From positions 18,294 to 82,293 of the forward strand of contig JBOGOC010000080.1 of assembly GCA_050747525.1 (NCBI GenBank): a stretch of DNA of 64,000 nt, given 5' to 3'. The stretch is from Candidatus Polarisedimenticolia bacterium (GTDB lineage: Bacteria > Acidobacteriota > Polarisedimenticolia > JACPZX01 > DASXTC01). Positions 39,801-47,177 of the stretch are shown piece after piece; position 1 is the stretch's first letter, and each line of letters starts with the position of its first letter. The notes below the pieces were generated by a model. It ran no database searches. It worked only from the letters and a program-made list of their open reading frames with translations, and was not told where the DNA came from. A program made the position numbers and the translations under genes.

Positions 39801-41502
39801 AGACGCTCTCCTGCCAGGAGCCGCCGTTAATCCTCTTCAGCGGGACCACGCCGCTCGTGGCGGCATTCGTCGTGGAGTACATGTTCCCGTTGAAGTCCTC
39901 ATCCAGGACGCAGTAGCCGGCGTCCCCGAAGCCGGGCTGGCTGTCCCACACCTTGCCGCCGCCCGCCCAGATCATCGCCGAGTTGTCCTGCGTGCCGCCG
40001 AGGATCACGTTCGTCTGGGAGGATGTGGCGACCGACTGGAACCCGATGGTCTGGATGGTGTCGTTGCGCGACGTCCAGGTGAAGCCCTGATTGTTCGAGG
40101 AGTAGATGCCCCCGTCATTGACGGACAGGGCGTGCAGGCCGACGGCGTCGAACACCAGTTCACGGTGGTCGAAATGGATGGTCGTCCGCGGTGTAGGGGG
40201 CTGGAGGCTGTCGTCGGCCGCGGACCACGACCCGGAAGTGCCACGGTTCGACGAAACGCACAGATGGACGCCCCCCAGAAAGAGGCGTTCGTCATGGCCC
40301 GGCGCGATGGTGAGGCCGTGGGTGTAGCGGCTGTAGACGGAAGGACAAAGCGCCTTTGCCTCTTCCGACTGGGTTCCCTGGAATCTCGCGTACCAGTAGT
40401 CGCCCCCGTCGACGGTTTCAAAGATGGAGGGTTTGCAGTTGTCGGTCAGCCTCTCGGGGCACATGCCGAAGCTGGCGTAGAGGTGCTCGTGTTGGGTCGG
40501 GTCGCGCTCGATGGCCAGCTCGACGTGATCGAACGTGATCGTGTTCGGATTCGGGAGGTGCAGACCGGCCCCCACCGGGCAGTTGGAGCTGCCGGGTCTG
40601 GGAATCCCCGGGTTGAGCGGGCACCAGGAGTTGCCGCCGTCGGTGGTCTTGAAGATTCCCCTTCCTCCGAACGCGGCGTAGAGGACGTTCGGGTCCTGGG
40701 GGTCCATCTCAAGATCGGTCGGCCTGGCCCCTTCCGCTCCGAGGACAATCAGCTTGTCCCAGTTGATGCCGTTGTTGGTCGATTTGTAGAGGCCGTATCC
40801 GGCCTTCGCGCTCCCCTGCAGAGGCTCCGGGGCGGTGACCGTCGTCTCGGAGGCCGAAGCGGTGACGCCGCTCGAAAGGGTGATGTAGATGACCTGCGTC
40901 TCCGGGTTCGGCCCGGTGGTGGAGGGGTCCAGCAGAATGTCGTTGATGGAGCCGAACCGGAAGTCCCAGTCCGTCGTGCCGTCGAGGGACTTGCCTTTGT
41001 CGTGGATGGGGCTCCAGCTGACGATTCCGGCGCATCCCGCGCATCCGGTGTAGGTGCCGAAGAGAAGCCCCTTGCCGTGGTAGGTGTCACGGCGGATGGC
41101 GTTCTCCCCGGTGCCGGCATAGATGCGCGTGCACTGCCCGATGGTGCAGTCGGCCACCGCCAGCGCGCCGATCGCCAGGGACCACTCGCCGCCCGGCACG
41201 GGCGGCTGGTCCGACACGGGGAACCATTTCCAGGTCGAGGCCGGGTTGTAGTCGGCGTTGGTCGTGTGCCACACGCCGCCGCCGGCGGTCCCGAGCCAGA
41301 TCTCTCCCTGATTGAACGGGTTCATAGCCACGGCCGTCGCGCGCCCGCTCTCGCCTCCCGGAAACATGCAGCACGCCGGGGCAGGGCCGATCGGAAACCA
41401 ACTCGTGCCCCAGGTCTTGGCCAGCGCCGGCAGGACAGCGGCCGGGACCAGCATGACGGCGACGAGGGCTGCGAGAAGCGGAAGGGATCTGCGACGCACC
41501 AT
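36814..41502 (-). CDS. giant secreted BNR/Asp-box propeller protein with Cys-rich repeat stalk, 1562 aa
   Basis: Signal peptide MVRRRSLPLLAALVAVMLVPAAVLPALA. Multiple Asp-box motifs (STNNGINWDK, TTDGGNSWCP, SNNQGFTWTS, SDDDAASWTP, SPNGGLSWSR). C-terminal Cys repeats and a terminal beta-sandwich. Confidence 0.9.
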   Translation of the reverse strand: MVRRRSLPLLAALVAVMLVPAAVLPALAKTWGTSWFPIGPAPACCMFPGGESGRATAVAMNPFNQGEIWLGTAGGGVWHTTNADYNPASTWKWFPVSDQPPVPGGEWSLAIGALAVADCTIGQCTRIYAGTGENAIRRDTYHGKGLLFGTYTGCAGCAGIVSWSPIHDKGKSLDGTTDWDFRFGSINDILLDPSTTGPNPETQVIYITLSSGVTASASETTVTAPEPLQGSAKAGYGLYKSTNNGINWDKLIVLGAEGARPTDLEMDPQDPNVLYAAFGGRGIFKTTDGGNSWCPLNPGIPRPGSSNCPVGAGLHLPNPNTITFDHVELAIERDPTQHEHLYASFGMCPERLTDNCKPSIFETVDGGDYWYARFQGTQSEEAKALCPSVYSRYTHGLTIAPGHDERLFLGGVHLCVSSNRGTSGSWSAADDSLQPPTPRTTIHFDHRELVFDAVGLHALSVNDGGIYSSNNQGFTWTSRNDTIQTIGFQSVATSSQTNVILGGTQDNSAMIWAGGGKVWDSQPGFGDAGYCVLDEDFNGNMYSTTNAATSGVVPLKRINGGSWQESVSFFMTHEPSSIYYPPLVQSPAPTAGQMPPQHALYYGTHSLWRSDDDAASWTPVSPELCSDLGPEPEIAANRDVVSAIAVAPGDPERIYVGCYSGRVWVTDSACGLSSCWSQIDFGLPAAPVTWLAVDPVNKDLVWATLSGFFPGSHVFQYNAMLVKWLPTSSIKELNGVPANTIAVEPHGPSQPRVLWLGTDKGVYRSPNGGLSWSRYGNGLPQVPVYQVSIDETHNRIVAGTHGRGAYMLTGPRLGNFNDCQVIYGYDLPIFGTGFPPTVACTMKLLREFGTVCGNGPYTHDADGGLLKTDRDGTLVTSKGAFYDGKPVALGCHAGKCAGGTTLNDCNRPTDRLAAVVVTCGNQVGLDQINGCPALINPPSGKLTLTGLQFPSQAVTLGMCGEPDADSLARLESALTGGGSFDFAPTVQSGDGTSRVLCSVSVPYLAEDTPSGVLTAARDAVNASPACQTSGVSAQFVPPVQVEGEDPYLMAGTLWLSASGLAGSQLVGSIDAPAGQADGICFGLGNLGTPVSDQLRLMRVRIRTAPSGAQGGTMTVKTHSNLGECAITVPTGMGQSSMDIANAISAAFQAPEILPMSPQCPPGHNPRDVRQEGDSLIMGLASEITVCLDDPGVGMAALPADVCFTDADCADGNPCTQDTCPAAGGGQCQHIPEPDGIPCDDQNACTLGGLCNAGTCGTPIVCNDGLSCTDDVCDPAIGACVSSPVTCDDANPCTADLCNPDTGGCLFLSLTGQPCDDGDLCTGEGTCILDTVSGAPACVITPACDDGDPCTDDACDPATGACQMAPIQCDDGNACTLDFCDTEGACVSVAGGPGGGGTCDDGNACTLGDTCVPDAGGNPVCAGQLNTCDDDNACTTDSCDPATGGCGHLSVAIGDATGFEFTGSTSMTWSPAPPVIFWNTYRGTIPPNLLGSRAVPGPLYDQTCFESADSFGDGALVSTDAQVPPLGTAFYYLVSGVEGCGEGPVGRDGNDSIIPNVSPCLLP
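37141..37900 (-). repeat. about nine tandem Cys-rich units of the C-D-D-x-N/D-x-C-T-x-D-x-C type (slime-mold/Dicty_CTDC-like)
   Basis: CADGNPCTQDTC, CDDQNACTLGGLC, CNDGLSCTDDVCDPAIGAC, CDDANPCTADLCNPDTGGC, CDDGDLCTGEGTC, CDDGDPCTDDACDPATGAC, CDDGNACTLDFCDTEGAC, CDDGNACTLGDTC, CDDDNACTTDSCDPATGGC. Confidence 0.8.
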
Positions 41503-41553
41503 GGGTCACCTCCTGTTGAGGCGGACCTTACGCCCATGGCGCGTGGGGGCGCA

Positions 41554-41569
41554 CTCCCCGATCGGGGAG
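41554..41569. promoter_or_regulatory. perfect 16-bp palindrome CTCCCCGATCGGGGAG (copy 1)
   Basis: Lies 10 nt downstream of the response-regulator stop and 51 nt upstream of the BNR-protein ATG. The identical core recurs at 42266-42281. Confidence 0.4.
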
Positions 41570-41579
41570 GAACGCGAAG

Positions 41580-42230
41580 CTAGCGGAGGAGGCGGGTTCG
41601 CAGCGCCTTGGCCACGGCCTCGGACTTGGAGTGGACCTGGAGCTTCGAGAAGATCTGTCTCATGTGATAGATGACGGTGGACGTGGCGACCCCCAGCTCG
41701 GCGGCCGCCGAGGGGTAGTCGTGCCCCTCGCTGATCAGCTTGAGGATGCGCACCTCGTGCGGCGTCAGCTCTTCCTGGGATTTCTCCGGCGGCCGGAACT
41801 CCCGAAAGAGGTGGATGACGCGCTGCGCCACCTCCGGGCTCAGAGGCCCGCCCCCAGCGGCCGCGTCGCGCAGCGCCTCCAGCAGCCGCGCGGGCGGGGT
41901 CTTCTTCAGGAGGTAGCCGGACGCCCCGGCGCAGAGGGCCTCGAAGATGCGCTCGTCGTCGTCGTAGACGCTCAGCACGAGGAAGACAGTGTCGGGGAAC
42001 CGCGGTTTGAGCCGGCGGATCCCCTCGATTCCCGATATCCCGGGCAGGTGGATGTCCATCAAGGCCACGTGAGGCCGGGCGTCGTCGAACCTCGGGAGCG
42101 CCTCCTCGATCGAGCGATAGGCCCCCGTGCACCGGAACCCGGGTGTGCCGGCGATCAGCGCCGCCAGCCCTTCGCGCGTCTCGGCGCGATCCTCCACGAT
42201 GGCGACGGCGATGGAGTCGGCTGGGTCCAT
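41580..42230 (-). CDS. NarL/FixJ-family response regulator (REC + LuxR-type HTH)
   Basis: VAIVEDRAETREGL...PHVALMDIHLPGISGIEG...VLVLSVYDD is the REC domain. LTPHEVRILKLISEGHDYPSAAAELGVATSTVIYHMRQIFSKLQV is the LuxR-type HTH. Confidence 0.95.
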   Translation of the reverse strand: MDPADSIAVAIVEDRAETREGLAALIAGTPGFRCTGAYRSIEEALPRFDDARPHVALMDIHLPGISGIEGIRRLKPRFPDTVFLVLSVYDDDERIFEALCAGASGYLLKKTPPARLLEALRDAAAGGGPLSPEVAQRVIHLFREFRPPEKSQEELTPHEVRILKLISEGHDYPSAAAELGVATSTVIYHMRQIFSKLQVHSKSEAVAKALRTRLLR

Positions 42231-42245
42231 GACAGGATGATAGCG

Positions 42246-45200
42246 TCAGCCGGCGGCGGGGGGCCCTCCCCGATCGGGGAGGGTCTGCCTGCGCAAGGGA
42301 ACCTTCAGGGTCACGCGGGTCCCGGCGGATGGAGCCGTCTCGAACCGGCAGTGCCCGCCCAGGCGTTTCACGCGTCTGTGCACCGAGGCCAGGCCGGACC
42401 CCTCGGAGGGAATCGAGGCGTCGAAGCCGGCTCCGTCGTCCGAGACCCGCAGCACCAGATCGGTTCCTTCCACCTCCAGGCGCACGTCAAGGCGGCCGCA
42501 CGCCGCGTGCTTGACGGCGTTGTGGACCAGCTCCTGGAAGGCCAGCAGCACCTCGCGGCGCGTGTCGCCGTCGAGGGAGCGGTCCTCCGACTCGCCGATC
42601 GACTCGAACCGCAGCGTGATCCCCGCCCCGCGGGCCAGCCCCGTCGCGAAGCGGCGCATCCGCTGCGAGAGGCTGAAGACGCGGTCCTTGTCGGGGTCGA
42701 TCGCCCACACGATGTCGCTCATGGCGTCGACCAGGCGCCGCGAGGCGGCGGCCATGCGGCGAGGCGCGCCGTCGGCTCCCTGCCCCTGGCGGGCCCAGAC
42801 CTCGCCCATCAGCGCGATCTCCGAGAGGCCCGCACCCACCTCGTCGTGCAGATCGCTCGCGATGCGCGTGCGGATGCGCTCGAGCTCCACCAGGCGCGCC
42901 GTCCGCTGCCGATGGAAGGTGATCCCGACGGCCAGAAGTCCCGCCGCGGTGAGCGAGAGGAACCACCAGCGCTGCCAGACCGGGGCCGCGACCTGGAAGC
43001 TCAGGCCCGCCTCATCGTCGCTGGCCAGCCCGTCCGCGTTGACGGCCCGCACGAGGAAGCGGTAGCTCCCGGGGGCGAGGCGCGCGTAGGCGATCGATCG
43101 CCGCGGAGAGGGATCGCTCCAGCCCGTCTCGGCTCCGACCAGCCACGTCTGGAAGCCGAGCCGTTCGCCGGCGCCGTGTGCGATCCCGGTGAACTCGATC
43201 TCGACGTTGTTCTGATGCGGCTCGAGCGACAGATCGTCGAGCCGCACCGCGCCTCGTGGTGAGACGGTCCTCGATTCCCCGGCAATCCTCAGACTCATGA
43301 TGTAGACGCGCGGGGGAGTGTTGGGCGGATCGGGCTGCGGCGCCAGCCGCGCGATCCCGTTCCCCGTGCCGAACCAGAGGGTGCCGTCCGCCGTGTGAGC
43401 GGCCGTCAGCAGACTGGTGTTGAGGAGACCCTCCTGGGCGGTGAAATGGCGGACATGAAGGCTCGAGGGATCGAAACGGTCGATCCCCCTCCCGGTCCCG
43501 ATGTAGATCAGGCCGTCGGCATCCTGGACGAGGCAGCGCAGATCCAGGCTGGAGAGCCCGGCCTCCCGCCCGTACAGGGTGAACCGCGGGCTCTGGTCCC
43601 CGGGGCCGTCCACGCGGTAGAGCCCCCGTCGCGGAGCTGCCACCCAGAGGCGCCCCCCGCGATCGGCCAGCACGGCGTTGATCTCCTCGGGGACAGGGCC
43701 GTCCGGCGGCGCCATCCGCTCGAAGCGCCCGCCGCGCCGACGCACCAGCGTGCCGTCGCGGAACCCGAACCAGACCTGGCCGGCCGGGTTCTCCGCCATC
43801 GATCGAACCCGGACTTCCGGGATGCCGTCGTCCGCTCCGAAGCAGCGCACGGCGCCGTCGTCGCGGGCCCGGTGGCACAGCGTTCCTCCCGTGCCTTCCT
43901 CCGCACCGATCCACAGATCCCCGCGGCTGTCACCGAACACCCGCAGCACGGCCGAGCCGTGGACGTGCTCGGGAGGCCGCTGCGCGAGTCGGCGGATGTC
44001 GTCCACCCCCCGCCACCGGTACAGACCCTGACGCGTGCCGAGCCAGAAGTCGCGGTGGCCATCCAGGAGCATCCTCTGGTTGGCGCCCCAGCCGAGGGCG
44101 ACTTTCTCGGGCAGCAGGGGCCCCAGGGGCCTGAAGGTCTCTCCCTCGAGCACCAGCAGCATGCCGCCGCCCGCCATGGCCACCACCTCGCCGCGCGGCC
44201 CTTCCGCCAGACCGGTCACATCCAGGTGCGGGACGCCGTCGTGCTGGTCGAAGAAGTCGAATCCCCGGGGAGGGATGCGGACCAGCCCGTGGGACGACTC
44301 GCCAGCCCACAGGTTGCCCGCATCATCTTCCGCAAGGTCAAACGACGCATGAGACGATGTCTTCACTCCGGGGTGCGTGAATTGCAGCGGGCAGTCTTCG
44401 TCGGACAGATCGTCGCGGACGAGCGCGGGTCCGTTGGCCGTGCCGGCCCAGAGCGTGCCGTCGCGACGTTGAAGCAGGGCGAACATGCGCAGATCGCCGC
44501 CGGGGCAGCCGGAGTAGTCGCGCGCGACGGGATCCTGCCCGGGGACCGCATCGGCCGCCAGGCGCCAGAGAAACCCCGACCCGGCAACCCAGAGCCGCCC
44601 AAGGCCATCCTCCCGCATGTCCATGATCCACATGGCGCCGAGGGGCGTTTCCAGCCTCGCCCGGAGCTCCCAGGTGTCGCCGCGTCCGTCCGGGGCGATG
44701 CGCAGAAGCCGGCTGCCGCATCCCGACCAGATGGCGCCCCGCGTGTCGACGTGGACGAATGTGCACCCTATATGATCCGCCGCGCCCGGAAGGCTCAACG
44801 GGATCGGCTCCCATCGCGGACCGGGCTCCTGCCGCAGCCGGAAGAGGCCGGCGTGTGTGGCTGCGATCAGCGCCCCGTCGGGCCCGACCGCCAGATCGTC
44901 GGCGTGATCCGCGATCGCCGAGGGGGCCGGCAGCCGCTCGAAACGGGCCCCCCGGCCGCCGTCTCCAAGGCGGACCACGCCTCGATCGGTGGCGACATAG
45001 AGCGCGCCGTCCGGATGTTCCAGGATGGTGTTGACAGGCCCTTCGGGCAGACCGTCCCGATCGTCGAACAGTTCGAACCGGTCGCCGTCGAACCGCGCCA
45101 GCCCGTCGTCGGTGCCGACCCAGAGAAAGCCGCGGCTGTCGGCGTGCAAGGACGTGACCGTGTTGGTGGGAAGACCGTCGGCGGTGGTGTACCTGCGAAA

Positions 45201-45305
45201 CGGAGGGGTAGCGGCCGAGGCGCCATCACCCGCACATATCCCCGGCACAGCAAGCAGGAGCGCGGCGATCCGCCGGAGAGCCATCTCGTCAGAAGTGTCC
45301 TTCAC
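42246..45305 (-). CDS. sensor histidine kinase with periplasmic two-component-regulator propeller / Y_Y_Y domain, HisKA_3 and HATPase_c
   Basis: Repeated ...G.LWVGT..GL.R.D.. blades, a Y_Y_Y-like YRFLVRAVNADG, the TM segment WWFLSLTAAGLLAVGITF, the H-box IASDLHDEVGAGLS and the ATPase GSGLASVHRRVKRLGG. The track start is a GTG. The ATG at 45284 (MALRRIAALLLAVPGICAG) is a more signal-peptide-like start. Confidence 0.93.
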   Translation of the reverse strand: MKDTSDEMALRRIAALLLAVPGICAGDGASAATPPFRRYTTADGLPTNTVTSLHADSRGFLWVGTDDGLARFDGDRFELFDDRDGLPEGPVNTILEHPDGALYVATDRGVVRLGDGGRGARFERLPAPSAIADHADDLAVGPDGALIAATHAGLFRLRQEPGPRWEPIPLSLPGAADHIGCTFVHVDTRGAIWSGCGSRLLRIAPDGRGDTWELRARLETPLGAMWIMDMREDGLGRLWVAGSGFLWRLAADAVPGQDPVARDYSGCPGGDLRMFALLQRRDGTLWAGTANGPALVRDDLSDEDCPLQFTHPGVKTSSHASFDLAEDDAGNLWAGESSHGLVRIPPRGFDFFDQHDGVPHLDVTGLAEGPRGEVVAMAGGGMLLVLEGETFRPLGPLLPEKVALGWGANQRMLLDGHRDFWLGTRQGLYRWRGVDDIRRLAQRPPEHVHGSAVLRVFGDSRGDLWIGAEEGTGGTLCHRARDDGAVRCFGADDGIPEVRVRSMAENPAGQVWFGFRDGTLVRRRGGRFERMAPPDGPVPEEINAVLADRGGRLWVAAPRRGLYRVDGPGDQSPRFTLYGREAGLSSLDLRCLVQDADGLIYIGTGRGIDRFDPSSLHVRHFTAQEGLLNTSLLTAAHTADGTLWFGTGNGIARLAPQPDPPNTPPRVYIMSLRIAGESRTVSPRGAVRLDDLSLEPHQNNVEIEFTGIAHGAGERLGFQTWLVGAETGWSDPSPRRSIAYARLAPGSYRFLVRAVNADGLASDDEAGLSFQVAAPVWQRWWFLSLTAAGLLAVGITFHRQRTARLVELERIRTRIASDLHDEVGAGLSEIALMGEVWARQGQGADGAPRRMAAASRRLVDAMSDIVWAIDPDKDRVFSLSQRMRRFATGLARGAGITLRFESIGESEDRSLDGDTRREVLLAFQELVHNAVKHAACGRLDVRLEVEGTDLVLRVSDDGAGFDASIPSEGSGLASVHRRVKRLGGHCRFETAPSAGTRVTLKVPLRRQTLPDRGGPPAAG
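42264..42283. promoter_or_regulatory. perfect 20-bp palindrome CCCTCCCCGATCGGGGAGGG (copy 2)
   Basis: Lies inside the last codons of the kinase gene (encodes LPDRGGP), 16 nt before its stop and 33 nt upstream of the response-regulator ATG. Confidence 0.4.
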
Positions 45306-45347
45306 GTTCGATGAGGGATCTACGAAAACCTGGGGCCGTGTTCTTCG

Positions 45348-47177
45348 TCACGTCGCCTTCTTAGGTACGAGCGTGTCGAACGCGAGCCCGCTCGAGGCCT
45401 CGCCGCGGCCGACCGAGCGCTGGTGCCCGAGCCAGGTCACGACGCGCCCTTGCCGCCACCGGCAGCGCTGCCAGCGCAGCTCGACCACCGTGCCGGCGCG
45501 CTCGACCTCCTCTTCCGCGATGATGTACCGGGCCGGCGGCGTGGCGTCCAGTCCTTCCATGAGGAGCTGGGTCCGCGGCTGGACCTTCCGGGGCGTCACG
45601 CCCGCGGTCCCTTCGAGAAGGCGCGGCATGGCCGCCCGCTGCAGCTGGATCTCCCGGTTGTCGCCTGGAACATGCACCGGGATGAACGGGATCCAGTGCT
45701 CCGGAACCGAGGTCATCAGCGAGTAGGCCACCTTCGCGTCGTTCGTGGGGGCCGGGTTCGGCGAGGCCGTCACCGCCCCCCGGTGCCTGGCGTGCAACTC
45801 GAGCGCCGCTTCACGCCCCCGGCGCGACGAGCCGTCCGTCAGCTGTACGACCGTCTCCACGCCCCACACCATGTTCGAGACTTCGTCCCGCACGAAGCTG
45901 ACCTCCTCCACGGCGGCGCTTTCCAGGAGGCCGACCGTGGTGGCGGGAACGAAGAGCCGGCCGTCCGCACCGCCCTTTTCCGCCAGCTGGAACATGCGCC
46001 AGCGGCGCGTCGGGGCGGCCGCGGGCACCGCTGGCTCGATCCAGAGGCGCTCGCCGAAGACATTGCTCACGGCCAGTCCGCGTATCTCGGTCAGCGAGCC
46101 GCCCGAGACGGGCACGCTCAGGGGGAGCAGGAACCAGTCATTCCCGAACACCAGCCCGAACTCGATGAGCAGCAGCTTCGAGATGTCGGTGGTGTCCGGG
46201 CTGATGTCGCCGAAGCTGGTCGCGCCCTCCTCGAACGCCCAGTGGCGCGTGTTGGGCATTCCTTCGAACTGAACCGCGGTGGGGAGCAGGGTCTTCACCA
46301 TGGTCTCCGCCTGGCTGGTCGGCGATTGTTCCCGCCGTGGCGCGGCCGCGTCGAAGTCGAACCAGTCGAGCCGTCCGCCGCGATACTCGCGCGCCGAGAG
46401 CGCGGCCGGCCGCACTCCCTTCGGCGCCGAGAGCTCCACGGCGTACTCGAGGTGACGCGGATCCCAGCAGGGCAGCTCGTCGGACTGGACGTAGAGCGCC
46501 CGCGCCCAGGCGAGAAACTCCGTGCCGAGGCCGTCGATGGCCGATTTCCCCGGGTCCGTGAGGCCGAGCCCGTCGGAGGCGAGCGCGCCTTGAAGAGACA
46601 GGTGCAGCAGGAGCGCCCCGCCGTCGATCGCCCGAGTGGCAACCGCAGCCAGCGTCTGCCACGCAGCGGCATGCGCGGTGACGGGGAAGTCTGCCTCATC
46701 GGCCGGATCGGGCGCGATGAAGCCGTATGAATCCCGGAAGGCGGGGATCCGCCCGCCGTGGCCGGAGGCCTCGAGCAGCCTCGACCACCTCCGGCCCAGC
46801 GCCAGGCGCACGTCGACGTTGTGCGGCCGGCCGCGGCGCGTGAGAGGCACGGGGCGGGCCTCGATCCGTGCCTCGAGCGGCAGATCCGGATCGTAAGGAC
46901 GCGCCGTCCCTTCGACCCCGCGCACCTCCGCGATCGGGTCCGTGCGCCACGCGACCTTGGCAGTGACCGGAGAGCCGGCGTCCTCGGCGTGGAACTCGCC
47001 CATCTGCCACTGCCTCGTGAGCAGCCAGAGCGGGTCCCGCACTTCGGCCTTCAAGGCCCGCGTGAAGTCCGGCCGGCGGGGCCGTCCCTCCAGCCGGTTC
47101 CACATCACCGTGGTCGGCTGGGAGACCTCACCGCGGAGGATCGGCTCCAGATGGTCGCTGACGATGTACTTGTTCAT
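45348..47177 (-). CDS. large conserved-looking hypothetical protein F (609 aa), no recognisable domain
   Basis: Internal ATG gives MNKYIVSDHLEPILRGEVSQPTTVMWNRLEGRPRRPDFTRALKAEVRDPLWLLTRQWQMGEFHAEDAGSPV. The start overlaps the upstream stop (ATGA at 47174-47177). No signal peptide or TM segment. Confidence 0.8.
   Translation of the reverse strand: MNKYIVSDHLEPILRGEVSQPTTVMWNRLEGRPRRPDFTRALKAEVRDPLWLLTRQWQMGEFHAEDAGSPVTAKVAWRTDPIAEVRGVEGTARPYDPDLPLEARIEARPVPLTRRGRPHNVDVRLALGRRWSRLLEASGHGGRIPAFRDSYGFIAPDPADEADFPVTAHAAAWQTLAAVATRAIDGGALLLHLSLQGALASDGLGLTDPGKSAIDGLGTEFLAWARALYVQSDELPCWDPRHLEYAVELSAPKGVRPAALSAREYRGGRLDWFDFDAAAPRREQSPTSQAETMVKTLLPTAVQFEGMPNTRHWAFEEGATSFGDISPDTTDISKLLLIEFGLVFGNDWFLLPLSVPVSGGSLTEIRGLAVSNVFGERLWIEPAVPAAAPTRRWRMFQLAEKGGADGRLFVPATTVGLLESAAVEEVSFVRDEVSNMVWGVETVVQLTDGSSRRGREAALELHARHRGAVTASPNPAPTNDAKVAYSLMTSVPEHWIPFIPVHVPGDNREIQLQRAAMPRLLEGTAGVTPRKVQPRTQLLMEGLDATPPARYIIAEEEVERAGTVVELRWQRCRWRQGRVVTWLGHQRSVGRGEASSGLAFDTLVPKKAT

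Noticed and set aside
38827-41583. 918-aa plus-strand ORF
   Set aside because: It is antisense to the BNR/Asp-box protein, whose frame carries a signal peptide and repeated SxDxGxTW motifs. This plus-strand frame is a shadow ORF.
41631-45314. Plus-strand ORFs 41631-43262 (543 aa) and 43395-45314 (639 aa)
   Set aside because: They are antisense to the response regulator and histidine kinase genes, which have clear REC/HTH and H-box/ATPase motifs.
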